Shown here piece after piece: positions 8,984 to 18,876 of a stretch of 64,000 nucleotides of DNA. The stretch is taken from the NCBI GenBank assembly GCA_045544195.1, contig JAZPYO010000034.1, positions 146,881-210,880 of the forward strand, given 5' to 3'. Under the pieces are notes generated by a model that saw only the letters and a program-made list of their open reading frames with translations, did no database searches and was not told the DNA's origin. Position 1 is the first letter of the stretch. Each line of letters starts with the position of its first letter. Source of the DNA: Eubacteriales bacterium. Its GTDB lineage: Bacteria; Bacillota; Clostridia; Oscillospirales; CAG-272. The translations under genes and the position numbers were made by a program.

Positions 8984-9616
8984 ATGAAATACTCAACAAA
9001 AAGGCTTTGTGAAAGTGGAATATTATTGGCTCTTGCCACAGTTTTGTCTATGCTTAAGCTATTTGAATTTTCATTTGGCGGAAGTATTACGTTACTAAGT
9101 ATGCTCCCCGTTGTGTTGATCTCATACAGATACGGAGTAAAATGGGGACTGTCATGCGGCTTTATATACAGCATTTTGCAAATGCTGTTAGGAGTTAATA
9201 CGATCTCTGTATTCGTTTTGCCGGGAGAAAGCCAGATGGTGTGGTGGCGTATCGTTCTTATGTGTCTTTTGGACTACGTTTTGGCTTACAGCGCTTTGGG
9301 ACTCGGCGGACTTTTCAGAAACAAGACACCTAAAAAGGCTTTGATTTCAGGTACACTTCTTTCACTTGCGGTATGCTATGCATTTCACACTTTATCGGGT
9401 GCGATATTCTTCGGATCTTATGCGGAATGGTTTTTCAGCGATGTTATGAGCGGTGCATTTGCAAGCTACGTGCTTGCCACTTTTACAGGCGCGCCTTTGT
9501 ATATTCTATATTCAGTTATATATAACGGCTGTTATATGATACCTGAAATTATTCTCACGAGTATAGGCTCTATCGCAGTAAGCACCGTACCGTTTATTAC
9601 AAAGGATATAAAATAG
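8984..9616 (+). CDS. thiT: thiamine ECF-transporter S component (ThiT/YuaJ family)
   Basis: ATG at 8984 follows a GGAGG RBS (8974-8978). The track start at 8942 (TTG) lies inside the riboswitch terminator. The protein is a small, hydrophobic multi-TM protein directly controlled by a TPP riboswitch. Confidence 0.75.
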   Translation: MKYSTKRLCESGILLALATVLSMLKLFEFSFGGSITLLSMLPVVLISYRYGVKWGLSCGFIYSILQMLLGVNTISVFVLPGESQMVWWRIVLMCLLDYVLAYSALGLGGLFRNKTPKKALISGTLLSLAVCYAFHTLSGAIFFGSYAEWFFSDVMSGAFASYVLATFTGAPLYILYSVIYNGCYMIPEIILTSIGSIAVSTVPFITKDIK

Positions 9617-9620
9617 TAAA

Positions 9621-9662
9621 ATAAGCTCAGCCTTCACGAAATAGTGGTGGCTGAGCTTATTT
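9621..9662. terminator. bidirectional terminator hairpin between convergent genes
   Basis: ATAAGCTCAGCC (9621-9632) pairs with GGCTGAGCTTAT (9649-9660), flanked by A/T runs. Confidence 0.7.
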
Positions 9663-9665
9663 ATA

Positions 9666-10232
9666 TCAGGTCGTGCCGAAATAGTTTATTATACCGTCGT
9701 AAATACCGAGGGCGTAGTCACCCGGGTTTTCATTCATATTTCTTGCCTCCTCAGCATTAGTTATAAATCCAAGCTCTACAAGAGTTGCGGGCATTTGCGT
9801 TCTGCGCAAAACATACAGCCCCGGTCTTGAAAACACACCTCGGCTCTTTGTTCCTACTATATACTGTAACCACTTGAGAATGCTTTCAGCCAGTGGCGCT
9901 GCTTTGCTCATCTGACTGAATACGTATGCTTCGCTTCCCGTTGCAGATGAATTAGCCGATGCATTTGCGTGCAAACTGATAAAATAATCAGCTCCCCATT
10001 GATTAGCACTGTTCACTCTGGCAGCAAGCGATGTGGAGTTACTTGTTCCAAGTATCTCATCGGGAGAATTTCGTGATGTAATAGCTTCATATTCAGGATT
10101 TTTGTTCAGCATATCACGCAGTATAATACCGATCCTGTATACAAGATCTGCTTCTTGAAAGCCGTTCCCTTCCGCGCCTGAATTAGGATTTTTAGGATTG
10201 TGTCCTTGATCGATAAAAATTTTAATTGCCAT
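9666..10232 (-). CDS. N-acetylmuramoyl-L-alanine amidase, catalytic domain only, no signal peptide
   Basis: I prefer the ATG at 10232 (GGAGGG RBS, plus-strand CCCTCC at 10238-10243). Motifs: IFIDQGHNP ... ISLHANAS ... VELGFITN, typical of Amidase_3. Confidence 0.8.
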   Translation of the reverse strand: MAIKIFIDQGHNPKNPNSGAEGNGFQEADLVYRIGIILRDMLNKNPEYEAITSRNSPDEILGTSNSTSLAARVNSANQWGADYFISLHANASANSSATGSEAYVFSQMSKAAPLAESILKWLQYIVGTKSRGVFSRPGLYVLRRTQMPATLVELGFITNAEEARNMNENPGDYALGIYDGIINYFGTT

Positions 10233-10360
10233 ATTTCCCTCCAATATTTACTGATATTATATTTACTCATCTGCTTTTTCGTGAATAGTTTATAATAAAT
10301 ATTGAAAATTTAATATTTATGAGATACAATTATTGCACCGAATATTTGAAGGAGCATTTT

Positions 10361-10825
10361 ATGAAGTTTTTATATATCTTAGTACAATGTACATACGGAA
10401 TTTTACAAACATTTCTGGGAGGAATAATATTCCTTATCAATATTAAATGCCCTCATTACTTTTATCACGGTGCGGTAATAACAAATTGGCCGCTTCCTTC
10501 AAGCTTATCGCTTGGAATGTTTATCTTCGTTACCGACAATGAGAATTGCTATCCGTCATTGCATAGTAAGTGGTCGCCGTCAGAGATACGCGAACGGCTT
10601 GTGGTACACGAATACGGTCATACTGTACAATCGCTTATATTAGGTCCTTTGTATCTTATAGTTATGGGTATTCCCTCTTTTCTGTGGGCATTCATTCCAT
10701 CGCTCAACCGTATGCGTAAGGAAAAACGAATATCTTATTTTTCGTTTTTTACTGAACGGTGGGCAAACTATCTCGGTGAAAAGGTTTTGAAGAAGAAATC
10801 AATGGAAAACGCACTTATAAACTGA
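10361..10825 (+). CDS. membrane protein with HExxH motif (function unknown)
   Basis: ATG at 10361 follows an AAGGAG RBS. The protein has several hydrophobic segments and an HEYGH motif. Its stop is 13 nt upstream of uvrB. Confidence 0.55.
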   Translation: MKFLYILVQCTYGILQTFLGGIIFLINIKCPHYFYHGAVITNWPLPSSLSLGMFIFVTDNENCYPSLHSKWSPSEIRERLVVHEYGHTVQSLILGPLYLIVMGIPSFLWAFIPSLNRMRKEKRISYFSFFTERWANYLGEKVLKKKSMENALIN

Positions 10826-10838
10826 ACAGGAGGACGCA

Positions 10839-12803
10839 TTGAGCAAATTTGAACTAAAATCCCCCTTTTCGCCTACGGGAGATCAGCCGTTGGCAATAGA
10901 GGCTCTTGTAAACGGAATAAAAAGCGGTATGACTGCACAGACTCTGCTCGGTGTTACAGGCTCAGGTAAAACGTTTACAATGGCTAACGTTATAGAAAAA
11001 GTGAATAAACCGACATTGGTGCTTGCTCACAACAAGACACTTGCAGCGCAGCTCTGCTCTGAGTTCAGGGAGTTTTTTCCCAATAATGCAGTTGAATATT
11101 TTATCTCATATTACGACTATTTTCAGCCGGAGGCATATATACCCGGAAAGGACCTTTATATAGAAAAGGATTCGCTTATCAACGATGAAATAGACAAGCT
11201 CCGCCATAGCGCGACATCTGCTTTACTCGAAAGACGTGATGTGATCATTGTATCAAGCGTATCATGTATATATTCACTCGGTGATCCGTCTGAATATAAA
11301 GACCTTGTTTTGTCTATCCGCCCCGGTACTGTAATGGACAGAAATGAATATATTTCAAAGCTCCTGTCCATCAACTATGAACGAAACGATATAAGCCTTA
11401 TCAGAGGAAAGTTCCGTGTGAGAGGCGATACAGTCGAGCTTTTGCCGTCAAATGAAGGTGAAAAGGCGCTGCGTGTCGAATTTTTCGGTGACGAGATAGA
11501 TAGAATTTCCGAGGTGAATATCGTAACCGGAGAGGTAATAAACTATCTTTCATACGCTGCAATTTATCCTGCCACTCACTATGCTGTATCTGAGGAAAAG
11601 CGTATGCAAGCTCTCGGTCAGATATTCGATGAAATGCAGGAGCGTGTGGCATATTTCAAATCTCAAGGAAAGCTGATTGAGGCTCAGCGTATCGAGGAAC
11701 GGACGAAATACGATCTTGAAATGATAAAGGAGGTCGGCTACTGCTCGGGCATTGAAAACTACTCGCGTATTTTTTCGGGCCGAGCGCCAGGCTCAACGCC
11801 GTTTTGTCTGTTGGACTTTTTTCCTGACGATTATCTTATGTTTATAGACGAATCTCACGTCACACTGCCTCAAGTAAGGGCAATGAACGGCGGAGACAGA
11901 GCAAGAAAAAAGAATCTTGTTGATTTTGGCTTTCGTTTACCGTCTGCATACGATAACCGCCCTTTATGCTTTGACGAATTTGAATCAAAGATAAATCAGG
12001 TGATATTCGTCAGCGCAACGCCTGCTGAATACGAAAGAAAGCGTTCTCAGCAGATCACAGAACAGATAATTCGCCCCACGGGACTTTGTGATCCGAAAAT
12101 AATCATACGTCCTGTAAAAGGGCAGGTTGACGATCTTTTGGGAGAAATTCGCCAGAGGGTGAAAAAGAAGGAACGCACACTCGTTACGACCCTTACAACA
12201 AAAATGGCAGAGGATCTCACCGAGTTTATAGAAAGCGCAGGCATAAGTGTTCGGTATATTCACCACGAGGTAGATACGCTGGAGCGCAACGAGATAATAC
12301 GCGATCTGCGATTGGGAGTTTTTGATGTTCTGGTCGGCATTAACCTGTTGCGTGAGGGTCTTGATATGCCTGAGGTGTCGCTTGTTGCAATCCTTGATGC
12401 TGATAAGGAAGGCTTTCTGCGCTCTGAGGTATCTTTGATACAGACAATAGGAAGAGCTGCAAGACATATTGACGGAACAGTAATAATGTACGCAGACAAG
12501 GAAACGGACTCAATACGCGCAGCAGTTGCCGAAACCGAACGCAGACGCAGTATTCAGAGTGAATATAACCGAGCAAACGGAATAACTCCACGGTCTGTGT
12601 CAAAATCCATTCGCGATGTTATCGACATCAAAGCAAAAGAGCCTAAAAAAGATAAGGAAAAGAAGCAGAAAAAGCTCACAAAGGCACAGAAGGAATTACA
12701 AATTCAAAAGCTGACCGCAGAAATGAAAAAGGCCGCAAGTGAGCTTAGATTTGAGGATGCGGCTCATTTCAGAGATTTGATAAAGGAACTTGAAAGTAAC
12801 TGA
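10839..12803 (+). CDS. uvrB: excinuclease ABC subunit B
   Basis: 654 aa, TTG start after AGGAGG. N-terminal FSPTGDQP, Walker A GVTGSGKT, helicase motifs, and a C-terminal UVR motif [17 protein letters not shown]. Confidence 0.95.
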   Translation: MSKFELKSPFSPTGDQPLAIEALVNGIKSGMTAQTLLGVTGSGKTFTMANVIEKVNKPTLVLAHNKTLAAQLCSEFREFFPNNAVEYFISYYDYFQPEAYIPGKDLYIEKDSLINDEIDKLRHSATSALLERRDVIIVSSVSCIYSLGDPSEYKDLVLSIRPGTVMDRNEYISKLLSINYERNDISLIRGKFRVRGDTVELLPSNEGEKALRVEFFGDEIDRISEVNIVTGEVINYLSYAAIYPATHYAVSEEKRMQALGQIFDEMQERVAYFKSQGKLIEAQRIEERTKYDLEMIKEVGYCSGIENYSRIFSGRAPGSTPFCLLDFFPDDYLMFIDESHVTLPQVRAMNGGDRARKKNLVDFGFRLPSAYDNRPLCFDEFESKINQVIFVSATPAEYERKRSQQITEQIIRPTGLCDPKIIIRPVKGQVDDLLGEIRQRVKKKERTLVTTLTTKMAEDLTEFIESAGISVRYIHHEVDTLERNEIIRDLRLGVFDVLVGINLLREGLDMPEVSLVAILDADKEGFLRSEVSLIQTIGRAARHIDGTVIMYADKETDSIRAAVAETERRRSIQSEYNRANGITPRSVSKSIRDVIDIKAKEPKKDKEKKQKKLTKAQKELQIQKLTAEMKKAASELRFEDAAHFRDLIKELESN

Positions 12804-12804
12804 T

Positions 12805-15624
12805 ATGCCAAATAAATTTATTGAAGCAAAGGGTGTGAGGGTTCACAACCTGAAAAATATTGACGTTAAAATACCTCGTGATAAGTTCGTTGTACTTACA
12901 GGAGTATCAGGCTCAGGTAAATCTTCCCTTGCATTTGACACACTGTATGCAGAGGGGCATCGCAGATTTGTCGAATCGCTTTCCTCGTATGCAAGACAGT
13001 TTTTAGGGCAGATGGAAAAGCCCGATCTCGATTTTATCGACGGTCTTTCTCCCGCTATATCAATAGATCAGAAAACAACGTCAAAGAATCCCCGTTCAAC
13101 AGTCGGAACTGTAACGGAAATATATGACTATCTGCGTTTATTGTATGCACGTGTAGGTATTCCCCATTGCCCTGTCTGCGGAAAGGAGCTTTGCAGAACA
13201 AGTACTGAAAATATTATTGAAAGAATACTGCAATTTCCCGAAAGAACAAAATTTCTCATTCTCTCCCCTGTTGTGAAGGACAAAAAAGGTATGCACGAAA
13301 AGGTGTTCGAGGATGCGAAAAAGGGCGGATACTCCCGTGTACGCATTGACGGCAGTGTATATGATCTTACCGAAGAAATAAATCTTGAAAAAAATCTTAA
13401 GCATACGATAGAGATAGTCGTAGACCGTCTTATTATGAAGCCCGATATAAGAACACGTCTGGCCGATTCGGTTGAATGTGCATTAAAGCTGTCATCGGGC
13501 AGTCTGATAATCCAGGATATCAGCGATGAAAAGGAATATTCCTTCTCGCTCAACTTTGCTTGCGAGGAGCATAATATCAGCTATCCTGAATTAGAGCCGC
13601 GCCTTTTTTCATTCAATAACCCTCTCGGCGCGTGCGATAAATGCGACGGTCTCGGAAATATGAGAAAGATATCGCCCGACAAGGTAATACCTGATCCGAA
13701 TTTGAGCTTAAGACAGGGAGCTTTGGCTGTGAACGGCTTCAAAACAATGGATGAGGATTCGTGGGCAGGTCCGCTTTATTCCGCAGTAGGTAAGGATCAC
13801 GGCTTTACACTCGACACACCTTTGAAGGACTTTTCAAAAAGCGCAATGAATGCTCTTTTATACGGCACAGGCACAAAAAAGTATGATATAGTAAGATACT
13901 TTGACGGTGTAAGGCACGATAAGCCCGTTGCATTCAGCGGTGTTATACCAACGATGGAAGCACGCATGAGAATGTCAGGCGGCGAATATTATGAGCAATT
14001 TACAGAGGATATTGAATGCTCTGCGTGTAAGGGCAGACGCTTGAAGGACGGCATTCTCGCAGTCACCGTGGGCGGACTTAATATACACCAGGTATGCAGT
14101 CTGTCCATCAAAGAAAGCCTTGACTTTTTCGAAGCTATTGAATTTACAGAAACCGAATGGGCGATAGCTAAAGAGATAATAAAGGAAATAAAAGCGCGCT
14201 TAGGATTTTTAGTCAGCGTCGGGCTGAATTATCTCACTCTTACTCGTAATGCAGGCTCTCTTTCGGGCGGAGAGGCTCAGAGAATTCGTCTTGCTACACA
14301 GATAGGCTCCTCACTTATGGGCGTTATGTATATTCTCGACGAGCCGAGCATCGGACTGCACCAGCGTGATAACAAAAAGCTCATTGATACGCTTAAAAAG
14401 CTCCGCGATGCACAAAATACAGTCATTGTAGTTGAGCATGATGAAGAAACGATGAATGAATGCGACTACATCGTAGACATTGGTCCCGGCGCAGGTATAC
14501 ACGGCGGCAGAGTTGTCGCCTGCGGAACTCCCGATGAAGTCAAGAAAAATAAAAACTCCCTTACGGCAGACTATCTGTCGGGCAGAAAAAAGATCGCCGT
14601 TCCGTTGCAAAGACGAAGCGGCAACGGCAAATCACTCAAAATATACGGCGCAAGAGCTAACAATTTGAAGAATATCGATGTTGAAATACCGCTCGGTAAG
14701 TTTGTTTGTGTTACAGGGGTATCAGGCTCAGGCAAATCCTCACTTATAAATCTCATCCTTTCAAACAAGCTGTTAAAGGAGCTTAACGGCGCGCACACGA
14801 CCGCCGGAGCACATGACAGAATAGAAGGAATAGAGCATCTTGACAAGGTCATAGTTATAGACCAGAGCCCTATCGGACGTACTCCGCGTTCAAATCCCGC
14901 AACCTATACAGGACTTTTCACAGATATACGCGAGCTTTTTGCGATGACTCCGGATGCTAAGCTGCGTGGATACTCCTCGGGCAGATTTTCATTCAATATA
15001 AAAGGCGGTCGATGCGAGAACTGTGAGGGCGACGGTGTTAAATGCATAGAAATGCACTTTTTACCGGACATTTATGTTCCTTGTGAATCCTGCTCGGGAA
15101 AGAGATATAACGCAGATACTCTTGAGGTAAAGTATAAGGGTAAAAATATATACGAGGTCCTTGAAATGACTGTTGAAGAGGGCTTGAAATTTTTCGAAAG
15201 CCATCCGAAGATAGCACGCAAGCTGCAAACTCTGTACGATGTCGGTCTCGGTTATATAAAGATCGGTCAATCGTCAACAACGCTGTCAGGAGGTGAAGCA
15301 CAGAGAGTAAAGCTTTCTACTGAGCTTTCGCGCCGCCCCACAGGAAAAACGGTATATATCCTTGACGAGCCTACAACAGGGCTTCACACAGATGACGTTA
15401 AAAAGTTAATTGAGGTTTTACAAAGACTTACCGATGCAGGTAATTCAATAATCGTTATAGAGCATAATCTTGATCTTATAAAGACAGCTGATCATATAAT
15501 CGACCTCGGTCCTGAGGGCGGGGACGGCGGCGGCACGATCGTTGCTGTCGGAACTCCTGAGCAGGTTGCCGAAAGTCCCGATTCGTACACGGGAATATTT
15601 TTGAAAAATGCTTTATTACAATGA
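12805..15624 (+). CDS. uvrA: excinuclease ABC subunit A
   Basis: Two ABC modules ([10 protein letters not shown] twice; LSGGEAQR twice) and CxxC zinc modules. I prefer the ATG at 12805 ([10 protein letters not shown]), right after the uvrB stop, over the TTG at 12790. Confidence 0.95.
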   Translation: MPNKFIEAKGVRVHNLKNIDVKIPRDKFVVLTGVSGSGKSSLAFDTLYAEGHRRFVESLSSYARQFLGQMEKPDLDFIDGLSPAISIDQKTTSKNPRSTVGTVTEIYDYLRLLYARVGIPHCPVCGKELCRTSTENIIERILQFPERTKFLILSPVVKDKKGMHEKVFEDAKKGGYSRVRIDGSVYDLTEEINLEKNLKHTIEIVVDRLIMKPDIRTRLADSVECALKLSSGSLIIQDISDEKEYSFSLNFACEEHNISYPELEPRLFSFNNPLGACDKCDGLGNMRKISPDKVIPDPNLSLRQGALAVNGFKTMDEDSWAGPLYSAVGKDHGFTLDTPLKDFSKSAMNALLYGTGTKKYDIVRYFDGVRHDKPVAFSGVIPTMEARMRMSGGEYYEQFTEDIECSACKGRRLKDGILAVTVGGLNIHQVCSLSIKESLDFFEAIEFTETEWAIAKEIIKEIKARLGFLVSVGLNYLTLTRNAGSLSGGEAQRIRLATQIGSSLMGVMYILDEPSIGLHQRDNKKLIDTLKKLRDAQNTVIVVEHDEETMNECDYIVDIGPGAGIHGGRVVACGTPDEVKKNKNSLTADYLSGRKKIAVPLQRRSGNGKSLKIYGARANNLKNIDVEIPLGKFVCVTGVSGSGKSSLINLILSNKLLKELNGAHTTAGAHDRIEGIEHLDKVIVIDQSPIGRTPRSNPATYTGLFTDIRELFAMTPDAKLRGYSSGRFSFNIKGGRCENCEGDGVKCIEMHFLPDIYVPCESCSGKRYNADTLEVKYKGKNIYEVLEMTVEEGLKFFESHPKIARKLQTLYDVGLGYIKIGQSSTTLSGGEAQRVKLSTELSRRPTGKTVYILDEPTTGLHTDDVKKLIEVLQRLTDAGNSIIVIEHNLDLIKTADHIIDLGPEGGDGGGTIVAVGTPEQVAESPDSYTGIFLKNALLQ

Positions 15625-15991
15625 TCAGATCCCCCGTTATCTTTGCAGAGTAGAAATAACGGGCTCGTTTTACACTGATGATATTTCAAATGGTGCTAAA
15701 TCGTTGCACCTTGAGGAAAAGGTATTCTTTGAGCGTGAGGAAGATAACGCACACGATATCAACGCTGTTGCGGTGTTTAATGAATCAGGCGTAAAGCTAG
15801 GATATGTGAGCAGAAAGGAAAATGCCGCTGTTGCATCAATAATGAACAGCGGCAAAGCCGAAATATTCGGTATAATATCTTATATGAACGTAAAGCGTTC
15901 CTCTGTCGGTCTTCTTGCAGATCTGTTTTACGTTTGCAATAAAGATGACGAATACATAATAAGGGATATTATTTTACAGTATTTACGTTAA
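15608..15991 (+). CDS. stand-alone HIRAN domain protein
   Basis: 127 aa. The core [41 protein letters not shown] fits the HIRAN pattern (RE..N..D.NA..V....G..lGyv.r). The start overlaps the last 17 nt of uvrA. Confidence 0.65.
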   Translation: MLYYNDQIPRYLCRVEITGSFYTDDISNGAKSLHLEEKVFFEREEDNAHDINAVAVFNESGVKLGYVSRKENAAVASIMNSGKAEIFGIISYMNVKRSSVGLLADLFYVCNKDDEYIIRDIILQYLR

Positions 15992-17009
15992 GTCCGTCGT
16001 ATGTATCGAAATATATTACAGTCTGCTTTTCAATGAGCTTTTTCAGCATTATTTCAAACATAGATTGCTGGTAATACGGAACGATGACCGTGTGGTAATT
16101 CTCTTCTTTATATTCCTCGTCCAGCTCATATCTTGTCGCAACGATAAATCCGTACGGAGTTTCAATAACATTGCTTACTTTTCCGCTTTCGAGCGATAAT
16201 ACGGCATCCTCTATCTCTTTATCGTATTCACCCTTGAACATAAGCTGACCGACAGGATTTGAGGATGTCTTTGAATCCTCGCTGTACTGTGCTTTGAGCG
16301 TTGCGAATTTTTCGCCGTTATTAACGTTTTCGATTATCAGCTCGGCAAGCGATCTGTTTTCGTTTTTATCGTCGCCGTAATCGTTATACAGAATGATCCA
16401 GTCGCCCCTGAACACTTGCGAAGAAACGAATTTATCAACGAGAGATTCGGCATAGTGTATTACAAAATCCGATTCCTCCGAAGACAAATATTCAAAAAGC
16501 TTCTGCTCTAAGGAATACACACTTGCAAGACGGTAATTTGATCTGTCTGTCAGATGCAGATAGTCAAGATAAGCATTGTATTCGCTCTCACTTTCGAATT
16601 CATCCTTATTCGACTTAAGAGTTTTTTCAAGCTCCTCAAGATCATCTTCGTCAAGTGAAATACCGTATTCAGATGCCAATTCTTCTATTGCATACTGGCG
16701 TGATAAACACCTCAACGCCTCAGCCTTTATCTCGCTGTTATAATCGTGACTGTTCCAATATGCATCGTCGCCTCTGTCGTATTTTTCCTTAATATTGAGA
16801 TAATAGTATCTGTATTCCTCGTAAGTTATGTTTTTTCCGTTGATGCTCAACACATCTGCGTGATCTGTATAATTGGGAGACGGAACATAAGCATCTGTTT
16901 GAAAAACAGTCTGCGAATCATCATCAGTACTGCTTTGGTCGCTGTTGCACGCTGTCAGCGGTACAGATAAAAGACACGCAAGTATAAAGCAGATCAATTT
17001 TGTTTTCAT
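15969..17009 (-). CDS. lipoprotein, PrsA/SurA-like foldase with PpiC (parvulin)-type segment
   Basis: I prefer the ATG at 17009 (MKTKLICFILACLLSVPLTAC, lipobox LTAC). C-terminal VSNVIETPYGFIVATRYE resembles the parvulin core. The 3' end overlaps the HIRAN gene convergently by 23 nt. Confidence 0.55.
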   Translation of the reverse strand: MKTKLICFILACLLSVPLTACNSDQSSTDDDSQTVFQTDAYVPSPNYTDHADVLSINGKNITYEEYRYYYLNIKEKYDRGDDAYWNSHDYNSEIKAEALRCLSRQYAIEELASEYGISLDEDDLEELEKTLKSNKDEFESESEYNAYLDYLHLTDRSNYRLASVYSLEQKLFEYLSSEESDFVIHYAESLVDKFVSSQVFRGDWIILYNDYGDDKNENRSLAELIIENVNNGEKFATLKAQYSEDSKTSSNPVGQLMFKGEYDKEIEDAVLSLESGKVSNVIETPYGFIVATRYELDEEYKEENYHTVIVPYYQQSMFEIMLKKLIEKQTVIYFDTYDGLNVNTVK

Positions 17010-17108
17010 TTTAATAAACCTCAAAGCTATCATTTACATTCATTATATCATATTAACTTTAACAAACAAACACAAAGCATTGAATTTTTATAAAAAGGAC
17101 GGGCAGAT

Positions 17109-17510
17109 ATGCTTAAATATAAACCGTTTTTAATTTTTACGGTCATTGCCTCTGTATGCTTATGCACCATACTTGTATCATTTATTGCAGAGGATATTAT
17201 AAATACAAATTACGATTCATTCAAATCTACCCTTGCAACAGTTGAAATAACAGACGGAAAAGCCTTTGCTGTTTATGAATACAAGGAAAACACGTACAGA
17301 TATGAGATCAGATATTCGACAGCCTTAAAAAGCGGTATGACAATACCTGTTTATTTTCCGCCTGATTCGCCGTCAAATGCTGAAATCAAAGATGTAACCG
17401 CGGTTTTGATAATGAGATATGCTCCGCTCACAGTTTTCTTTCCTGCTGTTGTCGGAATGGTAATTACCGCATTCAAATACAAAGCAAAAAGGACGCCCGA
17501 ATATGCGTGA
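17109..17510 (+). CDS. small two-TM membrane protein, unknown function
   Basis: 133-aa ORF with N- and C-terminal hydrophobic helices flanking a soluble segment. I recognised no family motif. Confidence 0.5.
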   Translation: MLKYKPFLIFTVIASVCLCTILVSFIAEDIINTNYDSFKSTLATVEITDGKAFAVYEYKENTYRYEIRYSTALKSGMTIPVYFPPDSPSNAEIKDVTAVLIMRYAPLTVFFPAVVGMVITAFKYKAKRTPEYA

Positions 17511-17530
17511 TGTCCTTAACGGACAAATCA

Positions 17531-17714
17531 CGCATCGAGATAAATCCCTAACGGGATTTTCGATATGTTGCTAACGCAACTCGATATGCCTACGGCTCGA
17601 TATGTTTGCTTCGCAAACGAGGGATTTATCTCATATCGAATTGGCGCGAAGCGACAATATATCGAGCTTGAACGAAGTGAAAGCATATCGAGTCAACGAA
17701 GTTGACATATCGAC
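17531..17714. repeat. composite hairpin array A: TCGATATG units plus variable stem-loops in an inverted arrangement
   Basis: TCGATATG at 17560, 17581 and 17597, plus a degenerate ATCGAGAT at 17534, each followed by a 3-7 bp hairpin. The reverse complement ATATCGA at 17633, 17659, 17685 and 17707 is each followed by a hairpin with a GAA loop. GAGATAAATCCC (17537-17548) is exactly complementary to GGGATTTATCTC (17621-17632). Confidence 0.8.
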
Positions 17715-17726
17715 AGAAAGAAAAAC

Positions 17727-17770
17727 GGAGCAAGAATAGAAGGTTTTATATCCTTTATCCTTGCTCTTTT
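17727..17770. terminator. bidirectional terminator hairpin between convergent genes
   Basis: GAGCAAG (17728-17734) pairs with CTTGCTC (17760-17766), with an A-run before and a TTTT run after. Confidence 0.6.
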
Positions 17771-17895
17771 CTGCTTGTATAAGGGTTTGGGCTTAGCCCA
17801 TTTGCGTTTGACCCGTCAAACGCGATGCTCACACTTAGCGACATTTTTTAAATTCTCCGCTAAGAGTATCACCCATAAACGAGCGTCCTTTTAAA

Positions 17896-18729
17896 TTACG
17901 AAAACAGATCGAATAATACGCTGACGTCTTTATTCGTATAGCCTTCCCAGCCGACAGAAATATTAGCCTTCGTATCGATCACCATCATTTGACCGCACAT
18001 ACCGCCCTTTGCAAATGAATGAGGACGTATTCTTCCCAGTTCATATCTCCCCAGTGCAATATCCACCCATTCTTCAGAAAGTATTCTCTTTCCGTTATAA
18101 ATGCCCTTGTTGAGATATACCATACCGTGTCTTGCGATATCGCAGGTTCTTATATACAAGCCCGTAGCGCCGATAGGATAGCCGTGCGGACACTTGCTCC
18201 ATGCAGCTTCACGGAAGCCGAGCGGATAGAACAGCCTTCTCATAAGAAGATCGTCGGCCTTTTCACCGCATTTAGCTGTGATCACTCTTGAAAGCATATA
18301 AAATGCTCCGTCGCTATATTGTCCTCTTTCACCGGGTGTAAACTCCAGCTTCGTTCTGAAAAGAAGATCGAGAAAATCGTCTGTATCATATGTGTGTATA
18401 TCGTAGCAATCAATATCAAGATATCCCGACGGAAGACCTGCTGAATGCGTAAGAAGATGGTGTACTGTTACCATATTCCACTTTTCATCATATTCTGCCG
18501 GCAGGCGATCGGCAAAAATGTCAACGACCTTTTCATCAACGCTCAATAAACCGTCGTCATACATCATTCCGATGCCTGTAACTATAAAAGCCTTTGAAAC
18601 GGAATAAATATCATTACAGGGGTTTACCTGAGCAAGATCTTCCGTTTTTTCAACGCCGTTTTCAATAACTGTAACGGAAAAAATATTCAATTCGTGCTTT
18701 TTGATCTCTTCAACAATTCTATTAATCAT
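17896..18729 (-). CDS. serine hydrolase, beta-lactamase/PBP4*-related family, no signal peptide
   Basis: 277 aa. SxxK active-site motif in YSVSKAF, and the family-typical LLTHSAGLP. Confidence 0.7.
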   Translation of the reverse strand: MINRIVEEIKKHELNIFSVTVIENGVEKTEDLAQVNPCNDIYSVSKAFIVTGIGMMYDDGLLSVDEKVVDIFADRLPAEYDEKWNMVTVHHLLTHSAGLPSGYLDIDCYDIHTYDTDDFLDLLFRTKLEFTPGERGQYSDGAFYMLSRVITAKCGEKADDLLMRRLFYPLGFREAAWSKCPHGYPIGATGLYIRTCDIARHGMVYLNKGIYNGKRILSEEWVDIALGRYELGRIRPHSFAKGGMCGQMMVIDTKANISVGWEGYTNKDVSVLFDLFS

Positions 18730-18810
18730 AACAACGCTCCTTTCACGGCTATGATACCATAAAAAATAGCATTTTGCAAGGAGTTTTTTAAGAAATTTAA
18801 AGAATATGTC

Positions 18811-18839
18811 TTGTAAATAGCTTCAATATGTAGTATAAT
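18811..18839 (+). promoter_or_regulatory. putative sigma-70 promoter (TTGTAA-17-TATAAT) for argS
   Basis: TTGTAA at 18811-18816, a 17-nt spacer, then TATAAT at 18834-18839, leaving a leader of about 35 nt. Confidence 0.5.
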
Positions 18840-18876
18840 ATAACCTAATAAAAATAAATGGATTGGATCTTTACTT

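Noticed and set aside
1-10232. Prophage lysis cassette as an explanation for five murein hydrolases
   Set aside because: There is no holin, integrase, terminase or structural gene in the region. The large enzymes have Sec signal peptides and dockerins, unlike endolysins.
10338-10350. LexA box upstream of the uvrB transcription unit (CGAATATTTGAAG), with a similar look upstream of ruvC (46789-46908)
   Set aside because: Both half-sites deviate from GAAC/GTTC, and no acceptable palindrome is present. The uvrBA and ruvCAB promoters here appear to lack Cheo boxes.
17531-17714. Possible CRISPR array
   Set aside because: The repeated unit is only 8 nt, with 8-19 nt between copies. Copies occur in both orientations, the variable parts are self-complementary hairpins rather than spacers, and no cas genes are present.
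18730-18876. T-box leader upstream of argS
   Set aside because: The predicted promoter leaves a leader of only about 35 nt. I saw no specifier hairpin, no T-box sequence and no terminator/antiterminator.
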